From NCBI RefSeq assembly GCF_048381495.1, contig NZ_JBLWGD010000001.1:485151-517150 (forward strand): a DNA stretch of 32,000 nt, in the 5' to 3' direction. The position numbers were made by a program, and so were the translations under genes. Shown here in pieces: positions 1 through 8,358 of this stretch. Under the pieces are notes generated by a model. The model saw only the letters and a program-made list of their open reading frames with translations. It made no database searches and had not been told where the DNA came from. Numbering within the stretch: position 1 is the first letter of the stretch; each line of letters starts with the position of its first letter. The DNA is from Algibacter ulvanivorans. GTDB lineage: Bacteria; Bacteroidota; Bacteroidia; Flavobacteriales; Flavobacteriaceae.

Positions 1-40
1 GAAAGCACATTTCAACTACAATATTTTAATAAATAAGAAA

Positions 41-1246
41 ATGAAAAACACACGATATATAATCTTAACATTACTAACAGTTTCACTTTTAGTAGTTGCC
101 TGTGGAAATAAAGAAAGCCATAAAGAAGGCGATGGTCATGCACACAATGAAGATGTAAAGCCAGAAGCCGAAGAAGCTCATAGTGATGAAGAAGAAGTGA
201 TGCTATCACAACAACAGTTTGATGCCTTAAAAATGAAAACAGACACCCTAGCATTGCGTAATATGAGCGGTTATGTAGAAGCCAATGGCACATTAGAAGT
301 ACCACCACAAAACGAAGCAGCAATAACTTCTGTAGTTGGTGCAAATGTGGTATCAATAAAAGTTATTGAAGGCGATAAAGTTAATAAAGGTCAAGTGGTT
401 GCATATTTATCTCATCCTAATATTATAAAAATGCAGACCGATTATTTAAATGCTTTTAGCAACAGTAATTTTTTAAAGAAGAACTATGAACGTCAGCAAA
501 AATTATATGATGCAGGAGTTGGCTCTGGTGCAAGTTTTCAAAAAGCCGAAGCAGAATATGATGCCTCTAAAGCTATGGTAAATGGATTGGAAGCTCAATT
601 GGGACTATTAAACATAAACACGTCATCAGTACGAAATGGAACCATTGCTCAAAGTATATCATTACGTAGTCCAATAGAAGGCTTTGTCCAAAAAGTTGAA
701 GTAAAAACAGGACAATATGTAGAACCGCAAACCGAACTTTTTGAAATCGTAAACACGCATCACGTTCATGCAGATTTAATGGTGTTCGAAAAAGACGTTT
801 ATAAAGTAAAGAAAGGTCAAAAAGTGATTTTCAATTTACAATCTAATACAGACGAAGATCTTACAGCAGAAATCTATTCGGTAAGCAAAACTTTTGAAGA
901 TAATCCTAAAGCACTACACGTCCATGCTGAAATTGAAAACAAAAAAGGGAATCTAATTCCAGGAATGTATATTAAAGGTAAAATTCAAGTTGAGAACGCA
1001 GAAACTCATGCATTGCCAGAAAGCGCAATTATAAAAGAAGGCGATAGATTTTATGTCTTTTCAGTAGAAAAAGAAAATGACGATTGGAGTTTTAAGCCAG
1101 TTGAAGTGCTTTTAGGAGAAAAAGATGGTAATTGGATAGCGGTTAAATTTGCTGAAGAACAAGATAAAGCCACAAAATTCGCTTATAATAATGCGTATTA
1201 TTTAATTGCTGAAATGAAAAAAGGAGAAGCAGAACACGAACATTAA
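41..1246 (+). CDS. Efflux RND periplasmic adaptor (membrane-fusion protein), CzcB/HlyD-like heavy-metal type
   Basis: Lipoprotein-like N-terminus (LLVVACGN). His/Glu-rich stretches (HKEGDGHAHNED..., C-terminal EAEHEH). Length and coiled-coil/beta-barrel layout are typical of MFP adaptors. A 2-nt gap to the next gene suggests an operon. Confidence 0.85.
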   Translation: MKNTRYIILTLLTVSLLVVACGNKESHKEGDGHAHNEDVKPEAEEAHSDEEEVMLSQQQFDALKMKTDTLALRNMSGYVEANGTLEVPPQNEAAITSVVGANVVSIKVIEGDKVNKGQVVAYLSHPNIIKMQTDYLNAFSNSNFLKKNYERQQKLYDAGVGSGASFQKAEAEYDASKAMVNGLEAQLGLLNINTSSVRNGTIAQSISLRSPIEGFVQKVEVKTGQYVEPQTELFEIVNTHHVHADLMVFEKDVYKVKKGQKVIFNLQSNTDEDLTAEIYSVSKTFEDNPKALHVHAEIENKKGNLIPGMYIKGKIQVENAETHALPESAIIKEGDRFYVFSVEKENDDWSFKPVEVLLGEKDGNWIAVKFAEEQDKATKFAYNNAYYLIAEMKKGEAEHEH

Positions 1247-1248
1247 TT

Positions 1249-1665
1249 ATGCAAACCATAGAACAATTATTAGAGTCAAAAAATATACGTGTTACGGCAA
1301 TGCGTTTATTAATTTATAAATTTCTTGCTGAGAAACAAGTAGCAGTAACATTAAGTGATATCGAAAATGCTTTTGATAAAGCAGATAGAACTACATTGTA
1401 TAGAACAGTAAAAACATTTGAAGAAAGTACGATTGTACATCAAATAGATGATGGCACAGGCATTACTAAATATGCGCTTTGTGAAAAAGGCTGTAACTGT
1501 GATATTGAAACCGATTTACACTTACATTTTCATTGTAATAACTGCAACGAAACGGTTTGTCTTACCGAGCATAAAATTCCACAAATAAAAGTGCCAAATG
1601 GCTTTATTTCCGAAGACATAAACTTGGTTGTAAAAGGTGTTTGTGATAAATGTAGTGGATTATAA
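1249..1665 (+). CDS. Fur-family metal-responsive transcriptional regulator
   Basis: 138 aa with an N-terminal winged-helix region (VTAMRLLIYKFL...TLYRTVKTFEE) and C-terminal Cys pairs (CEKGCNC, CNNCNETVC, CDKC) as in Fur/Zur proteins. Confidence 0.8.
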   Translation: MQTIEQLLESKNIRVTAMRLLIYKFLAEKQVAVTLSDIENAFDKADRTTLYRTVKTFEESTIVHQIDDGTGITKYALCEKGCNCDIETDLHLHFHCNNCNETVCLTEHKIPQIKVPNGFISEDINLVVKGVCDKCSGL

Positions 1666-1690
1666 ATGCACTTCCGTTGCATTGTATTTT
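1665..1690 (+). terminator. Hairpin plus T-rich tail after the Fur-family gene
   Basis: AATGCA (1665-1670) pairs with TGCATT (1678-1683) around loop CTTCCGT, followed by GTATTTT. The stem is short, so confidence is modest. Confidence 0.35.
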
Positions 1691-1720
1691 AACTCATCTT
1701 TGTTTTAATTAAGTACAATA

Positions 1721-2317
1721 ATGATGAAAAGTAAATTAATAGGGACGAGTTTAATTTCAGCAATCGCAGCTTCATTGTGTTGTATAACACCTTTTTTAGC
1801 AATGATTGCAGGTACAAGCGGGATTGCTTCAATGTTTTCTTGGATAGAACCTTTTAGACCTTATCTAATAGGGTTAACAATTTTAATTCTTGGTTTTGCT
1901 TGGTATCAAAAACTAAGACCTCAAAAGAAAATTGACTGCGAATGTGATACTGAAGAAAACTCGAAATTTATACAGTCAAAAGCGTTTTTAGGAATAGTAA
2001 CTGTTTTTGCAATTGTGATGTTGGCTTTTCCATTTTATTCAAAATTTTTTTACTCAAATACAGAGAAGCAAATAGTCGTAGTTGACAAATCGGACATTAA
2101 AACAACTAAATTTCAAATTAGCGGAATGACTTGTACGAGTTGTGAAGAGCATGTAAATCACGAAGTAAATAAACTTAATGGAATTCTAAGCTCAAAAGCG
2201 TCCTACGAAAATGGAAATGCAGTTGTTGAGTTCGACAGAACTAAAACCAATGAAACTGAAGTTGAAATTGCAATTAACGCAACAGGTTATAAAGTAATTA
2301 ACAAAAAACAGAATTAA
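1721..2317 (+). CDS. merTP: MerTP-like metal transport protein (MerT-like membrane part fused to an HMA/MerP-like domain)
   Basis: The first TM helix carries a CC pair (SLCCITPF) and there is a CEC pair after TM2. The C-terminal heavy-metal-associated domain has GMTCTSCEEHV. Confidence 0.7.
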   Translation: MMKSKLIGTSLISAIAASLCCITPFLAMIAGTSGIASMFSWIEPFRPYLIGLTILILGFAWYQKLRPQKKIDCECDTEENSKFIQSKAFLGIVTVFAIVMLAFPFYSKFFYSNTEKQIVVVDKSDIKTTKFQISGMTCTSCEEHVNHEVNKLNGILSSKASYENGNAVVEFDRTKTNETEVEIAINATGYKVINKKQN

Positions 2318-2526
2318 TGGAAGTCATATTAAAATCAGAAATTACTTGTCCAAATTGCAAACATAAAAAGGTTGAAGAGATGCCAACAAACGCTTGTCAG
2401 TTTTTCTACGAATGCGAGAAATGTAAAACGGTTTTGAAACCGAATGAAGGAGATTGTTGTGTGTATTGTTCTTTTGGAACGGTTCCATGTCCGCCAATTC
2501 AAAAAGGAAAAAACTGCTGCTGCTAA
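2317..2526 (+). CDS. GDCCVxC-domain small Cys-rich protein
   Basis: 69 aa with CPNC and CEKC pairs, a GDCCVYC motif and a C-terminal CCC. Its ATG overlaps the upstream stop (TAATG), suggesting translational coupling to the MerTP-like gene. Confidence 0.65.
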   Translation: MEVILKSEITCPNCKHKKVEEMPTNACQFFYECEKCKTVLKPNEGDCCVYCSFGTVPCPPIQKGKNCCC

Positions 2527-2556
2527 CAAAATAATTTCAATAAGTAAGGAAACCAA

Positions 2557-4521
2557 ATGAAAAAAAAGAAAGTCAATTTACGAGATATAAAACCAAATTC
2601 TGAAATAGATCACAATCAAAACGATGGTCACAATCATAGTAGTTCAGAGAACATAGGGAAGTTTAATATTTATTTGCCGGCAATTTTCAGTTTTGTAATG
2701 TTAATGATTGGTATTGCAATCGACTATTTCGATATGTTCCCATATTTTAAAGGATGGATTCGCATACTTTGGTATGTTATGGCATATATTCCCGTAGGTT
2801 TTCCTGTTATAAAGGAAGGGTGGAAAAGCATTAAAAAAGGAGATGTTTTTACAGAGTTTTTCTTAATGTCTATAGCAACCATAGGTGCATTCGTGATTGG
2901 CGAATACCCTGAAGGAGTAGCAGTAATGTTATTCTATGCGGTTGGAGAATTATTTCAGAGTGCAGCAGTAAATAAAGCAAAGGGTAATATTAAAGCTTTG
3001 CTCGATGTTCGTCCTAATGAAGCTTTGGTATATCGCAATAATGATTACATTTCTGTAAGCCCAGAAACGGTTGAAATTGGAGAAAAAGTTCAAGTCCGTG
3101 TTGGAGAAAAAATCCCTTTAGATGGTATTCTGCTTTCCGAAAAAGGCTCATTTAATACAGCGGCATTGACAGGCGAAAGCAAACCTGATACGATTGCAAA
3201 AGGCGAAAAAGTATTTGCAGGAAGTATTAATATGGATGGAGTTATTGAAATAGAAACCACCAAAGAATTTAAGGATAGTTCCATTGCACGTATCCTCGAT
3301 ATGGTGCAGAATGCAACAGCTCGTAAATCGAAAACAGAATTATTCATTAGACAATTTGCTCGAATTTATACGCCAATAGTTGTGTTTCTAGCTATTGCAG
3401 TTACATTTTTACCATACTTTTTTGTAGATGATTATGTGTTTAGAGATTGGTTATACAGAGCCTTAATTTTCTTGGTAATTTCTTGTCCTTGTGCTTTGGT
3501 TATATCCATTCCGTTGGGTTATTTCGGGGGATTGGGAGCAGCTTCAAAAAACGGAATTTTGTTTAAAGGCGCTTCATTTTTAGATGCCATGACCAAGATA
3601 AATACATTGGTAATGGATAAGACAGGGACGGTTACGAAAGGCGTCTTTAAAATTAAAAAGATTGAAGCTATCAATTGGGATGAGAAAGAGTTTATGAAAT
3701 ACCTGATGGCGATGGAAGAACAATCCACACATCCAATCGCAAAAGCCATTTTAGAATATAAAGATGAAGGTACAGATTATGAAGCTTCAGAAGTATCTGA
3801 AATAGCAGGTAAAGGCCTAAAAGGTATCGTAAACGGTAAGACTGTTTTAGTTGGTAACAAAGCCCTAATGACAGCCAATAATATTAATGTTTTAGAAGAA
3901 ACAGAAACTATTGTAGAATCGATTGTTTTGGTATCTATAGACAATACATTTGCAGGCTATGTGGTTATTGCAGATGAATTAAAAGAGGATGCAAAAGAAA
4001 CGATTACAGCATTACATAAAGTAGGTGTCAAAAATATAATGATGCTCTCTGGCGATAAGGATTCCATTACTCAAAAAGTAGCTTCCGAGTTAAATATCGA
4101 AATCGCTAAAGGCGGTTTGTTACCAGAAGATAAGCTAAATGAAGTTGAAATTTTAAAACAAAACCCTAATAATAAGATTGCTTTTATAGGCGATGGCATT
4201 AATGATGCACCAGTTTTAGCAGCAAGTGATGTAGGAATTGCAATGGGTGGATTGGGAAGTGATGTCGCAATAGAAACCGCAGATGTTATTATTCAAACAG
4301 ACCAACCTTCAAAAGTAGTTAGGGCTATTAAAATTAGTCGTTCCACTCGCAAAATTGTATGGCAAAATATCATATTAGCATTCGGTGTAAAAGTAATTGT
4401 TCTAATATTAGGTGCAGGTGGTTTAGCAACTATGTGGGAAGCGGTTTTTGCAGATGTTGGTGTTGCATTGTTAGCAATATTGAATGCTGTTAGATTACAG
4501 CGCATGAAATGGGTTGATTAA
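2557..4521 (+). CDS. Heavy-metal translocating P1B-type ATPase (Zn/Cd/Co-type, ZntA/CadA-like)
   Basis: Motifs present: SCPCALV (CPC), DKTGTVT, STHPIA (HP), GDGINDAP and TGES. The N-terminus is His-rich (HNQNDGHNHSSS) in place of an HMA domain. Confidence 0.95.
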   Translation: MKKKKVNLRDIKPNSEIDHNQNDGHNHSSSENIGKFNIYLPAIFSFVMLMIGIAIDYFDMFPYFKGWIRILWYVMAYIPVGFPVIKEGWKSIKKGDVFTEFFLMSIATIGAFVIGEYPEGVAVMLFYAVGELFQSAAVNKAKGNIKALLDVRPNEALVYRNNDYISVSPETVEIGEKVQVRVGEKIPLDGILLSEKGSFNTAALTGESKPDTIAKGEKVFAGSINMDGVIEIETTKEFKDSSIARILDMVQNATARKSKTELFIRQFARIYTPIVVFLAIAVTFLPYFFVDDYVFRDWLYRALIFLVISCPCALVISIPLGYFGGLGAASKNGILFKGASFLDAMTKINTLVMDKTGTVTKGVFKIKKIEAINWDEKEFMKYLMAMEEQSTHPIAKAILEYKDEGTDYEASEVSEIAGKGLKGIVNGKTVLVGNKALMTANNINVLEETETIVESIVLVSIDNTFAGYVVIADELKEDAKETITALHKVGVKNIMMLSGDKDSITQKVASELNIEIAKGGLLPEDKLNEVEILKQNPNNKIAFIGDGINDAPVLAASDVGIAMGGLGSDVAIETADVIIQTDQPSKVVRAIKISRSTRKIVWQNIILAFGVKVIVLILGAGGLATMWEAVFADVGVALLAILNAVRLQRMKWVD

Positions 4522-4550
4522 AGCTTATTGAAGCGTATTTTTGTAAACTA

Positions 4551-4581
4551 AAAACCCTCACAATTGTGAGGGTTTTTAGTT
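4551..4581 (+). terminator. Rho-independent terminator of the metal operon
   Basis: Perfect palindrome AAAACCCTCACAATTGTGAGGGTTTT followed by TAGTTTTT. Confidence 0.85.
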
Positions 4582-4677
4582 TTTAAATTATACCTGATTT
4601 TTATTTTATTAATCTATATTTAGTAACAAGAGCGTTATTAAAAAAAAGAGTTATTCATACAATATGTGAAGCAAGTT

Positions 4678-4808
4678 AAACTCGTAAAATACACCCATCA
4701 AAAGACTACGGCATAAAGCCATTGCAATATCCAACGCTTATTTATTCCGTTTCCTTTTGAGCTGTGATTTCAGCTTCCGTTTGGTTCTAGCTTAAATATT
4801 GTTTAATC
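4678..4808 (+). repeat. Leader repeat family A, copy 1 (about 130 nt, upstream of the DUF932 gene)
   Basis: Aligns by eye with 5774-5905. Contains stem TGAGCTG (4758-4764) / TAGCTTA (4788-4794) around the conserved CTTCCGTTT. Ends 14 nt before ATG 4823. Confidence 0.8.
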
Positions 4809-4822
4809 TAAAATCAAATATT

Positions 4823-5659
4823 ATGTATTTAAGTAATTTACAACAAGATGAGATTTTTGTTTCTTCAGAAATGAAATCCTTAAAAAGCCTCACGCAGATG
4901 GAATCTCGTAGAGGACTTGAAAATGCCATTATCTCAAATGGTAAAATCGTTAATGTGGTATCAAACAGTTATGGCCATATTCCCAATCAATTATTCTTCA
5001 AAAAAGCGGAACAGATACTTTTGGATGCTGGACTAAACTATCACAAACGAAGCGTTAATAGAAATGATAGGTCTTTCATAATAGATTTTATCATTGAAGA
5101 TAGCAATCAGTTTAAATTGAAAAACAAGGAAGATTTAATACTACCCATGCTACGATTTAAAAATTCTTATGATGGTAGTGAGAAGACTTCCGGACATTTT
5201 GGTTTTTACAGAAAAGTATGCTCAAATGGACTGCACGTTTCGCAAGCAGAAATTGAGTTTTCCATAAAGCATAGCAAAAATAATACAGAATTGATTATGC
5301 CAAGAATGAATGGCTTATTCGATAAGTTCCTGAACAATGAGTTTTATACCATCGTCAAGAAATTTGAAAAGATGAAAGACTTTAAAATCATCGACACAAA
5401 AGAATTTGTAAAAGCAATTTTGGATAAAACTAAGCTGTTCAAATATGAATGTAGTGATAAAAACGAAGAGCCTTCAAAGAAATCCCGTGAAGTTCTTGAA
5501 ACCTTGAACTACGAAGCACTACTGCTAAACGAGGAACCGAATTTATGGTTAGGCTACAATGCCTTCAATTCCATGTTACACAATACATTGAAGAAGACAT
5601 TTTCACAACAAGAAAAGTGGGATAAAAAACTATTCAATGAAATATATGAAATGGTTTAA
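4823..5659 (+). CDS. DUF932-family protein (conjugative-element/phage associated)
   Basis: Motifs LRFKNSYDGSEKTS and YRKVCSNGLH match my recollection of the DUF932 NShDGS / R.VCxNG signature. The ORF-track start at 4799 is a TTG, so the in-frame ATG at 4823 is preferred. Confidence 0.7.
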   Translation: MYLSNLQQDEIFVSSEMKSLKSLTQMESRRGLENAIISNGKIVNVVSNSYGHIPNQLFFKKAEQILLDAGLNYHKRSVNRNDRSFIIDFIIEDSNQFKLKNKEDLILPMLRFKNSYDGSEKTSGHFGFYRKVCSNGLHVSQAEIEFSIKHSKNNTELIMPRMNGLFDKFLNNEFYTIVKKFEKMKDFKIIDTKEFVKAILDKTKLFKYECSDKNEEPSKKSREVLETLNYEALLLNEEPNLWLGYNAFNSMLHNTLKKTFSQQEKWDKKLFNEIYEMV

Positions 5660-5677
5660 TATCCAATAATTAAAGGT

Positions 5678-5710
5678 TGCTCTAGTACCTTAAAACTAGA
5701 GCATTTTTTA
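5678..5710 (+). terminator. Rho-independent terminator after the DUF932 gene
   Basis: TGCTCTAGT (5678-5686) pairs with ACTAGAGCA (5695-5703), followed by TTTTTTA. Confidence 0.8.
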
Positions 5711-5773
5711 GATTCATACTTTATTTCTGCTAAAAAAGGGGAGAGATATCTATATCAATATTGGTACAAAGAT

Positions 5774-5905
5774 AAACTCGCAAAATATTATCATCAAAAG
5801 ACTACGGCATAAAGCCAACGCTTCGCCAACACCTCATTTATTTCGTTTCCTTTTGAGCAGAAATTATTGTCTTCCGTTTAGGTACTGCTCAAATATTGTT
5901 TAATC
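5774..5905 (+). repeat. Leader repeat family A, copy 2
   Basis: Aligns with 4678-4808. Contains stem TGAGCAG (5854-5860) / CTGCTCA (5885-5891) around CTTCCGTTT. Ends 15 nt before ATG 5921. Confidence 0.8.
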
Positions 5906-5920
5906 AAAAATTGTAACATC

Positions 5921-6088
5921 ATGAAACAAGAGTCTCAAACATCCAGCATTTCACTTCAAGAAGCAGAAGCACATTATCAATTAAGTAGTGAGTATTACAC
6001 TATTGAAGGTGGCGAGAGTCATCTGGCTTACTACAGAGAAAAGCATCCGCAGAACTATCAAACACTTCTAAATTATTATTCAAATTAA
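5921..6088 (+). CDS. Hypothetical small protein (55 aa, Tyr-rich), below the ORF-track cutoff
   Basis: ATG sits at the same spacing from repeat A2 as the DUF932 ATG does from A1. Translation: MKQESQTSSISLQEAEAHYQLSSEYYTIEGGESHLAYYREKHPQNYQTLLNYYSN. It lies 13 nt upstream of the next ORF. No family recognised. Confidence 0.4.
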   Translation: MKQESQTSSISLQEAEAHYQLSSEYYTIEGGESHLAYYREKHPQNYQTLLNYYSN

Positions 6089-6101
6089 AAAATCTGATAT
6101 C

Positions 6102-6647
6102 ATGGAAAATTTAAATGTATTACAACTCGATTTCGGTTTTAAAGTAAAACCAGTATTGACACAAGAAAAAGCAGTCAAGAGAACTAAAAAACATAAGAGC
6201 GATTTCGTTTTTGATATGATGGATTGTTTGGCGAGTCCAATTATCGTTTTTAAATCGGCATTGCAAGATAATATACCAAAGGATATTCTTGGAAGAATTA
6301 AAATGTCACGATTAATATGTTCGATGACAAAAGAGAAAATGGCATCGCTTACAGAAACTTTGGCATACATCATGCCAAGAACGTATGAAGCACCAATGCA
6401 TACCTAATGGGTAAACATTTACACATGGTTAGGGCTTCAATATGCAAAACAATCCAAAAATAAAGACCAGTTAGAAGCTATGAAAGATATAGCATTAAAG
6501 GAACTTTCCGAATATGAAAAAGGGCTTTTAAATAACCTACGAGTTTGGATTTATGACAAACGAAGAAAAGCACTAAAAGATATTCTGAAAAAGAATAAAG
6601 TTTCAGAATCTGATGGAATTTTAGATATTCAAGAGAAGCTATTCTAA
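6102..6647 (+). pseudogene. Hypothetical leading-region gene interrupted by one in-frame TAA (6405-6407)
   Basis: The 101-codon ORF 6102-6407 is followed in the same frame by 79 further stop-free codons (WVNIYTWLGLQYAKQ...DIQEKLF), ending at TAA 6645-6647. No frameshift is needed. Confidence 0.55.
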
Positions 6648-6686
6648 TAATAGACATTACTCATACAAGGGCATTTTTTTATAATG

Positions 6687-6850
6687 CCATTCAGCAAATT
6701 TCCTTCCATTCCAAAAAAAAAGAGCCTCTTTATCAAAGGTTCTGAACCTAATCCCCACTTTTGACTTTCCATTCCGTTAACCCTTTCCTTTCCGAAACTT
6801 CGGGACGTTAGGTACACTTCATTCCAAGTAAAAAGCGTAAATCAATTCCG
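6687..6850 (+). repeat. Repeat family B, copy 1 (about 165 nt)
   Basis: Aligns by eye with 8359-8529. Shared blocks are CCATTCAGCA.ATTTCCTTCCATTCC, AGGTYCTGRACCTAATCC, ACTTTCCATT..CGTTAACCCTTTC and ACACTTCATT.CAAGTAAAAAGCGT.AATCAA.TCCG. Confidence 0.8.
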
Positions 6851-6973
6851 ATTGATTTTAATATCAACGCATTTATATTTTTTATAAAAGTCATTTTATG
6901 CTACTTTTTTATTGGGATAATATATATCTATAGTTCATATAGAAAGTTAGCAACCAGCTTAAGTAAAAATTAG

Positions 6974-7306
6974 CTAAGTATATTTTTCAACTACTAAATT
7001 ACCCCAATCTGCCAACGACTGGACTAAAGGAATTAAGGTTTTTCCGAAATCTGTTAATGAATACTCTACTTTCAACGGGGGTTTTGAAGTATAGACCTTT
7101 CGTTTAATTATCCCGTCTTCTTCTAAAGTTTTTAACTGTAAACTCAATGTTCGTTCGGTTACAGTAGGCATCTCTTTTCTTAACTCATTATAACGTAATG
7201 TTCCTTTTGCCAAGTAAAATAAAATTACTGTCTTCCATTTTCCACCTATTATTCCCATTGCCAAACTTGTGCAACAAGGGTATTCTCTTCCTTTAAATTT
7301 ATACAT
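6974..7306 (-). CDS. HxlR-family winged-helix transcriptional regulator
   Basis: C...IGGKWKTVILFYL...RYNELRKEMPTVTERTLSLQLKTLEEDGIIKRKVY...PPLKVEYSLTDFGK is the typical HxlR signature. It is divergent from the SDR gene. Confidence 0.9.
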   Translation of the reverse strand: MYKFKGREYPCCTSLAMGIIGGKWKTVILFYLAKGTLRYNELRKEMPTVTERTLSLQLKTLEEDGIIKRKVYTSKPPLKVEYSLTDFGKTLIPLVQSLADWGNLVVEKYT

Positions 7307-7415
7307 AATTCAGATAAAAATTAAACTATCCTTTTTGACCGTTATTGCAAAGATAAAATACTATACATAGTTTTGCAACTATAATTTTTATAGTAATTAA
7401 AAACAGATAAGTAAA

Positions 7416-8162
7416 ATGAAAGAATTTGAAAAAAAAGTAGCCTTAGTAATTGGCGGAACAAGTGGAATTGGAAATACAACAGCTAATGCATTGTTAGAAC
7501 AAGGTGCGATTGTTCACATAGTGGGTAGAAATGTTGACAAAGTAAATGACAAGCAAAATTTGATAAAACATAAAGTAAACATTTCTGACACAGAAGAAGT
7601 AAAATCGTTAATTACAGAAATTGAATCATTTGATAATTTAGATTATTTAGTAAACGCTTCTGGTATTTTTGGGCCAAAACCATTTTTAGAGCACACAATT
7701 GAAGATTATAACTCATATTTAGATTTAAACAGAGGATTCTTTTTTATAACTCAAAGTGCTGCTAACAAAATGAAACATACGAATGGAGGTTCTATCGTAA
7801 ATGTAGGTTCAATGTGGGCAAAACAAGCCGTAAAAGCAACACCTTCCTCTGCTTATTCAATGCAGAAAGCAGGACTACATTCTTTAACTCAACATTTAGC
7901 TATGGAGTTAGCAGAAGATAACATTAGAGTTAATGCAGTATCGCCAGCTGTAGTTAATACACCAGTTTATCATGGAGTTTTTGGCGGAAAAGAAGAGGCT
8001 GAAAAAGCTTTAGTAGGATTTAATGGATTTCATCCAATTGGAAGAAATGGAATGCCTTCTGATGTTTCTAATACCATTTTATTTCTACTTTCTGAAAAAG
8101 CATCTTGGGTTACTGGAGCAATTTGGGATACTGATGGTGGAGTAATGGCTGGAAGAAATTAA
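7416..8162 (+). CDS. SDR-family (short-chain dehydrogenase/reductase) oxidoreductase
   Basis: Cofactor motif GGTSGIG, catalytic YSMQKAG (YxxxK), NAVSP, and a length of 248 aa. Confidence 0.9.
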   Translation: MKEFEKKVALVIGGTSGIGNTTANALLEQGAIVHIVGRNVDKVNDKQNLIKHKVNISDTEEVKSLITEIESFDNLDYLVNASGIFGPKPFLEHTIEDYNSYLDLNRGFFFITQSAANKMKHTNGGSIVNVGSMWAKQAVKATPSSAYSMQKAGLHSLTQHLAMELAEDNIRVNAVSPAVVNTPVYHGVFGGKEEAEKALVGFNGFHPIGRNGMPSDVSNTILFLLSEKASWVTGAIWDTDGGVMAGRN

Positions 8163-8237
8163 AAAATATAAATTGGTATAAAAGCCAGTTGCCATTACCG
8201 TTTAAAAATAATTATGGTTTTGTGCTTAATCAAACGT

Positions 8238-8298
8238 AGTTGCATGTTTATAAAGTCTGATTTTTCGCAGGAAAATCCTCTTATGTAAGCCTGCAACT
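8238..8298 (+). other. Nested imperfect hairpin downstream of the SDR gene
   Basis: Outer arms are AGTTGCA (8238-8244) / TGCAACT (8292-8298). The inner stem is GATTTT (8259-8264) / AAAATC (8272-8277) with loop TCGCAGG. No T tract follows, so its function is unclear. Confidence 0.3.
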
Positions 8299-8358
8299 AT
8301 TCTTATACAAAACCAAATCCTTTATCTGGATTAACAGATAGAAATCAGTTTTTATATT

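Noticed and set aside
12-356. 114-aa minus-strand ORF (Leu/His-rich)
   Set aside because: It is antisense to the well-supported CzcB-like gene. The low-complexity composition is typical of the reverse frame of a Glu/Ala/Lys-rich region.
1721-2526. Complete mercury-resistance (mer) operon
   Set aside because: Only MerTP-like and GDCCVxC genes are present. No MerA reductase or MerR regulator is visible in the window, so a full mer operon is not called.
2335-4505. Minus-strand ORFs within the GDCCVxC and P-type ATPase genes (2335-2556, 3090-3347, 3519-3749, 4293-4505)
   Set aside because: They are internal antisense frames of genes with unambiguous motifs, and no independent signals support them.
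6080-6373. 97-aa minus-strand ORF opposite 6102-6407
   Set aside because: The plus-strand reading is supported by the in-frame 79-codon continuation, by co-orientation with the neighbouring units and by the leader/terminator layout. The minus ORF has no such support.
1671-6778. Recurring heptamer TTCCGTT in hairpin loops and leaders (1672, 4745, 4775, 5872, 6772)
   Set aside because: It is suggestive of a shared recognition word, but four of the five copies lie in paralogous repeats and are not independent. The same heptamer also occurs inside the ATPase coding region (about 3509), so enrichment cannot be claimed without a proper count.
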